DNA of 21,015 nt, taken from Vulcanimicrobiota bacterium. GTDB lineage: Bacteria; Vulcanimicrobiota; Vulcanimicrobiia; Vulcanimicrobiales; Vulcanimicrobiaceae. Shown here piece by piece: positions 18,030 through 21,015 of this stretch (positions are counted from its first letter, which is position 1; every line of letters starts with the position of its first letter). The DNA lies in contig CAVTCS010000011.1 of NCBI GenBank assembly GCA_963733295.1, positions 1 through 21,015 of the forward strand, given 5' to 3'. Under the pieces are notes generated by a model, which was not told where the DNA came from, made no database searches, and saw only the letters and a list, made by a program, of their open reading frames with translations. The position numbers and the translations under genes are program-made.

Positions 18030-18896
18030 ATGCGCGTCCTCATCGTCGGCGCAGGCGGTCAACTTGGAGCGGATCTCGTTCGCGCGTTCGCGGATTTGGG
18101 GCCTATCGGACTCGATCATAAGGCGCTCGATATCGAGGTCTCTTCATCCGTCAGCCGTACCTTAGCTCGTTACCGGCCCACGGTCGTCATCAACACGGCG
18201 GCATTCCACAATGTCGAAGTCTGCGAGATGCGCCCCGACCGCGCGTTTGCGGTGAACGCGCTTGCGGTCGATGATCTCGCCGCGCAGTGCGCGTTGGCCG
18301 GAGCACAACTCGTCCACGTCAGCACGGACTATGTCTTCGACGGCCATTCGCCGGTGGCGTACGGCGAAGGCTCACCGACGAATCCACTGAGTGCGTACGG
18401 CACCTCAAAGCTAGCAGGCGAACTGCTGATCAAGCGGCACCTCGACGATTATTTCATCATCCGCACGAGTGGGCTTTACGGTATCCGCGGTAGCAGTGTC
18501 AAGGGCTATACCTTTATCGAGCGGATTCTAACGCAAGCGGGCGAAGGCCGGCCCCTCGATGTCGTCAACGATATCACGTTCTCGCCGTCCTACACTCGTC
18601 ACGTAGCCGAGGCCATCCGGCGGATCATAGAGCGTGGCTCATTCGGAACGTATCATGTGACGAATACCGGACAGTGCACGTGGTACGAATTCGCGCGCGA
18701 AATCTTGCTCCAAGCCGGCATCACGACCGAATTACGTGAGACGACGTCCGAGCGCTTCCCCACGCTAGCACGCAGACCGAAATTTTCCGCGTTGCGCCAC
18801 GGCGCGATGGATGCCCTCGGGTTTCCCCCGACGCCGAGCTGGAGCGAAGGCATCCGCGACTACCTCCGCGAGCGTCAACTAACTCCAGCCTGCTAA
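18030..18896 (+). CDS. rmlD: dTDP-4-dehydrorhamnose reductase
   Basis: ATG 18030, then MRVLIVGAGGQLG, INTAA, HVSTDYVFDG, PLSAYGTSKLAGE, IRTSGLYG, TWYEFA and ARRPKFSAL. Confidence 0.93.
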   Translation: MRVLIVGAGGQLGADLVRAFADLGPIGLDHKALDIEVSSSVSRTLARYRPTVVINTAAFHNVEVCEMRPDRAFAVNALAVDDLAAQCALAGAQLVHVSTDYVFDGHSPVAYGEGSPTNPLSAYGTSKLAGELLIKRHLDDYFIIRTSGLYGIRGSSVKGYTFIERILTQAGEGRPLDVVNDITFSPSYTRHVAEAIRRIIERGSFGTYHVTNTGQCTWYEFAREILLQAGITTELRETTSERFPTLARRPKFSALRHGAMDALGFPPTPSWSEGIRDYLRERQLTPAC

Positions 18897-18925
18897 ATCC
18901 CCTGCTTAAAGACGACGGCGGCGCG

Positions 18926-20115
18926 GTGCCACAAATGGTCGATGAGATCATTTATCACCTCGATTCGCCAAGCCCGGAAGCGCTCGTCGAGGCGCAAAGA
19001 CTCAACGTGCAAGGCTGGGTCGCCTGTTCTCCGGCGCGGAGAATCGCCGAGGTCTCAATCGCCACTCGAACAGGTAGACAACCTCTATCTCTTGCGGATC
19101 GGCCGGACGTAGTCGCGAGCGTTCCTCACCTCAACAGTACGGGATTCGAAGGTCAGGTCGAGCCCGATGGCCTCGCCGCACCAATTACGATCTTCTTCCG
19201 CTTTGAAAACGGGACCCTCGAACAGCGTTCGCTAAGCCTCCGCGTCTCCCAGGAATCAGACGAAGATTTTGAAAGGCGGAAGGCCGCGAAGCTTGCAAGG
19301 ATTGCTGCGATTCTTAGTTGTCCGCATTGCAAGACAAGCATCACGACGCAGGCGACGAATCCCTCGATCGCGTGTGCTTGTTGCGGAAACTCGTATCGCC
19401 GCGAGCGGTATGCCTTGGATTTCTCTGACCGAAGAACTTCGAGCTCGCGCAAAGGTCTTTCCCGTCGAGGCGGTGTCGTCAAACGAGTACGATCCCGTAA
19501 CGATCGAAATGATCTCTCGGCACCACGACGGGCTGGTTCTTGACAACGGCAGTGGCCTACGGTCTGACGCACGATTCGAACGTACTCGTAAACCTCGACG
19601 TTGTCGGATACAAAACGACAGACATCATCGGAATCTGGCGCAAAGCCTACCTTTTCGCGATGCTTCGTTCGATGCCGTAATAAGCATCGCCGTGCTCGAA
19701 CATGTCCGCAATCCTTTTCGACGCAGCCCGAGAGATCGAGCGTGTCTCCTCAAGCTGGGCGGCGAAATCTACATCGCCGTTCCGTTCCTCCTCTCAGCTG
19801 TTTCACGGATACCCGGATCATTACTACAACATGACATCGAGCGGCTTGAGGAACTTATTTCCCGGCCTGCACGAGATTTCGATGAGCGTCCCTCTAGCCG
19901 GACGTCCGATTTGGACGGTTTCGTGGCTCCTCAACTCTTGGGCAGCTGACCTGCCCGCTGAGGAGCGCGCCGATTTCTGCTCTCTAAAAGTGGCAGATTT
20001 GATGGCAAATCCCATCAGCCAGTTGCATAAGCGCTACGTCATGGCGCTGCCCGAACCCGCCAACGAACGGCTCGCATGCGTCAACGTGTTCCGCGCAACC
20101 AAGCCGCACGCCTAA
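18926..20115 (+). CDS. Fusion of Ig-like domain, CxxC..CxxC zinc ribbon and class I SAM methyltransferase; several frameshifts (~19425-19795)
   Basis: N-terminus has GWVAC..DRPDVV..TGFEG, followed by LSCPHC...CACCG. Across frames it continues LVLDNGSG, VNLDVV, LPFRDASFDAVISIAVLEHVRNPF, GGEIYIAVPF and FHGYPDHYYNMT. The stop is TAA at 20113-20115. Confidence 0.72.
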
Positions 20116-20116
20116 C

Positions 20117-20984
20117 ATGGAAAGACTCGACAAGGTTCGTCATCGACTCGATAAGACGATGCGCGGCATCGAGATTGGCCCGAGTTTCAATCCAATTGTT
20201 CCGAAAGCGGAGGGCTGGAACGTCGAGACGATCGACCATGCGACGCGCGAGGAACTCGTTGAGAAGTATCGTGGTCACTACGTCGACGTTTCGAAGATCG
20301 AACCGGTAGACTGGGTATGGAAGAGCGAGCGGCTTACCGACCTTCTCGGCGCGGAGCGACTCGGCACGTATGACTTTTTCATCGCCAGCCACGTCGTCAT
20401 CGAGCACTATCCCGACCTGCTCGGTTTCTTCGAGGATGTCGAGGCTCTGCTTCGCGTTGGGGGGATCCTCTCGCTCGTGATCCCCGACAAGCGACACTGT
20501 TTCGACTTCTTCAAACCTTTGACGCTTACGGGAGCCGTACTCACGGCTCACGACAACGGTTTAAAGCGTCACACCAAACGGACGGCCTTCGAGCACGTCG
20601 TCTACGGCAGTTTGCGCGATGGCATCGGTGCGTGGGACACACGTCAGGCCGGGAGAACTGTCCCTCGCGCACAACTTGGAACAGGGCCGAATCGCGCTCG
20701 CTGAGCACAGCGAAGCCTCCCACGACCTGTACATCGACTATCACGCGTGGCAATTCGTGCCTTCGAGTTTCTTGCTTGTGATCGAAGAGCTTCGTCTCTT
20801 GGGGCACACGACGTTCGAAATCGAGCGCACGTTCGAACCCGCAGGTTGCGAATTCTACGTCTCTCTTCGCAAGAGCGGTCGAGGTTCAACCGAAAACCTG
20901 GCCGCGCCGGAGGTCACCGCGCGTCGCCTCGAGCTCATGAAGCGCACGATGCGCGAGCTTTCGGAAGAGCCGGCTAGCCTTTAG
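20117..20984 (+). CDS. SAM-dependent methyltransferase-like protein; frameshift near 20640
   Basis: GIEIGPSFNP, YDFFIASHVVIEHYPDL and GGILSLVIPDKRHCFD, continued by ORF 20619..20984 (YIDYHAWQF..GCEFYVSL). The 3' end is uncertain. Confidence 0.72.
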
Positions 20985-21015
20985 ATGTTCTCGGGTTAGG
21001 CGTTATCGAGGGCCG

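Noticed and set aside
88..20984. Locus-wide pseudogenisation or programmed frameshifting
   Set aside because: Single-base indels are scattered through most genes, including conserved rmlB, wzm and wzt. Some compensate each other and catalytic motifs are intact, which is typical of unpolished long-read error.

Overview
High-GC bacterial cell-surface glycan locus, with no RNA genes, CRISPR arrays or mobile-element genes seen. Left (minus strand, 88-7519): a putative extracytoplasmic glycan-decoration operon with a membrane-anchored twin Ig-like protein, two polytopic GT-C-like membrane proteins, an SDR epimerase/dehydratase, a polyprenyl-phosphate GT2 and a nucleotide-sugar dehydrogenase. Middle (plus strand, 7542-9773): an Ig-like membrane protein, wzm and a short wzt. 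Right (plus strand, 14193-20984): a dual-GT2 glycosyltransferase, rmlB-rmlA-rmlD and two SAM methyltransferases. The most striking structure is a ~1.5 kb inverted repeat (9942-11417 vs 14571-16064). It is formed by the near-identical cores of two outward-facing dual-GT2 paralogs whose N- and C-terminal ends are strongly diverged. The arms enclose a ~3.15 kb segment carrying a methyltransferase/coiled-coil gene (WbdD/WsaE-like, with a 111-bp internal duplication) and a signal-less twin Ig-like protein. This geometry could make a recombinase-free invertible switch that swaps enzyme ends and promoters, but that is inference. Most genes carry 1-bp indels, consistent with an unpolished long-read sequence, so gene boundaries were reconstructed by hand across frameshifts.
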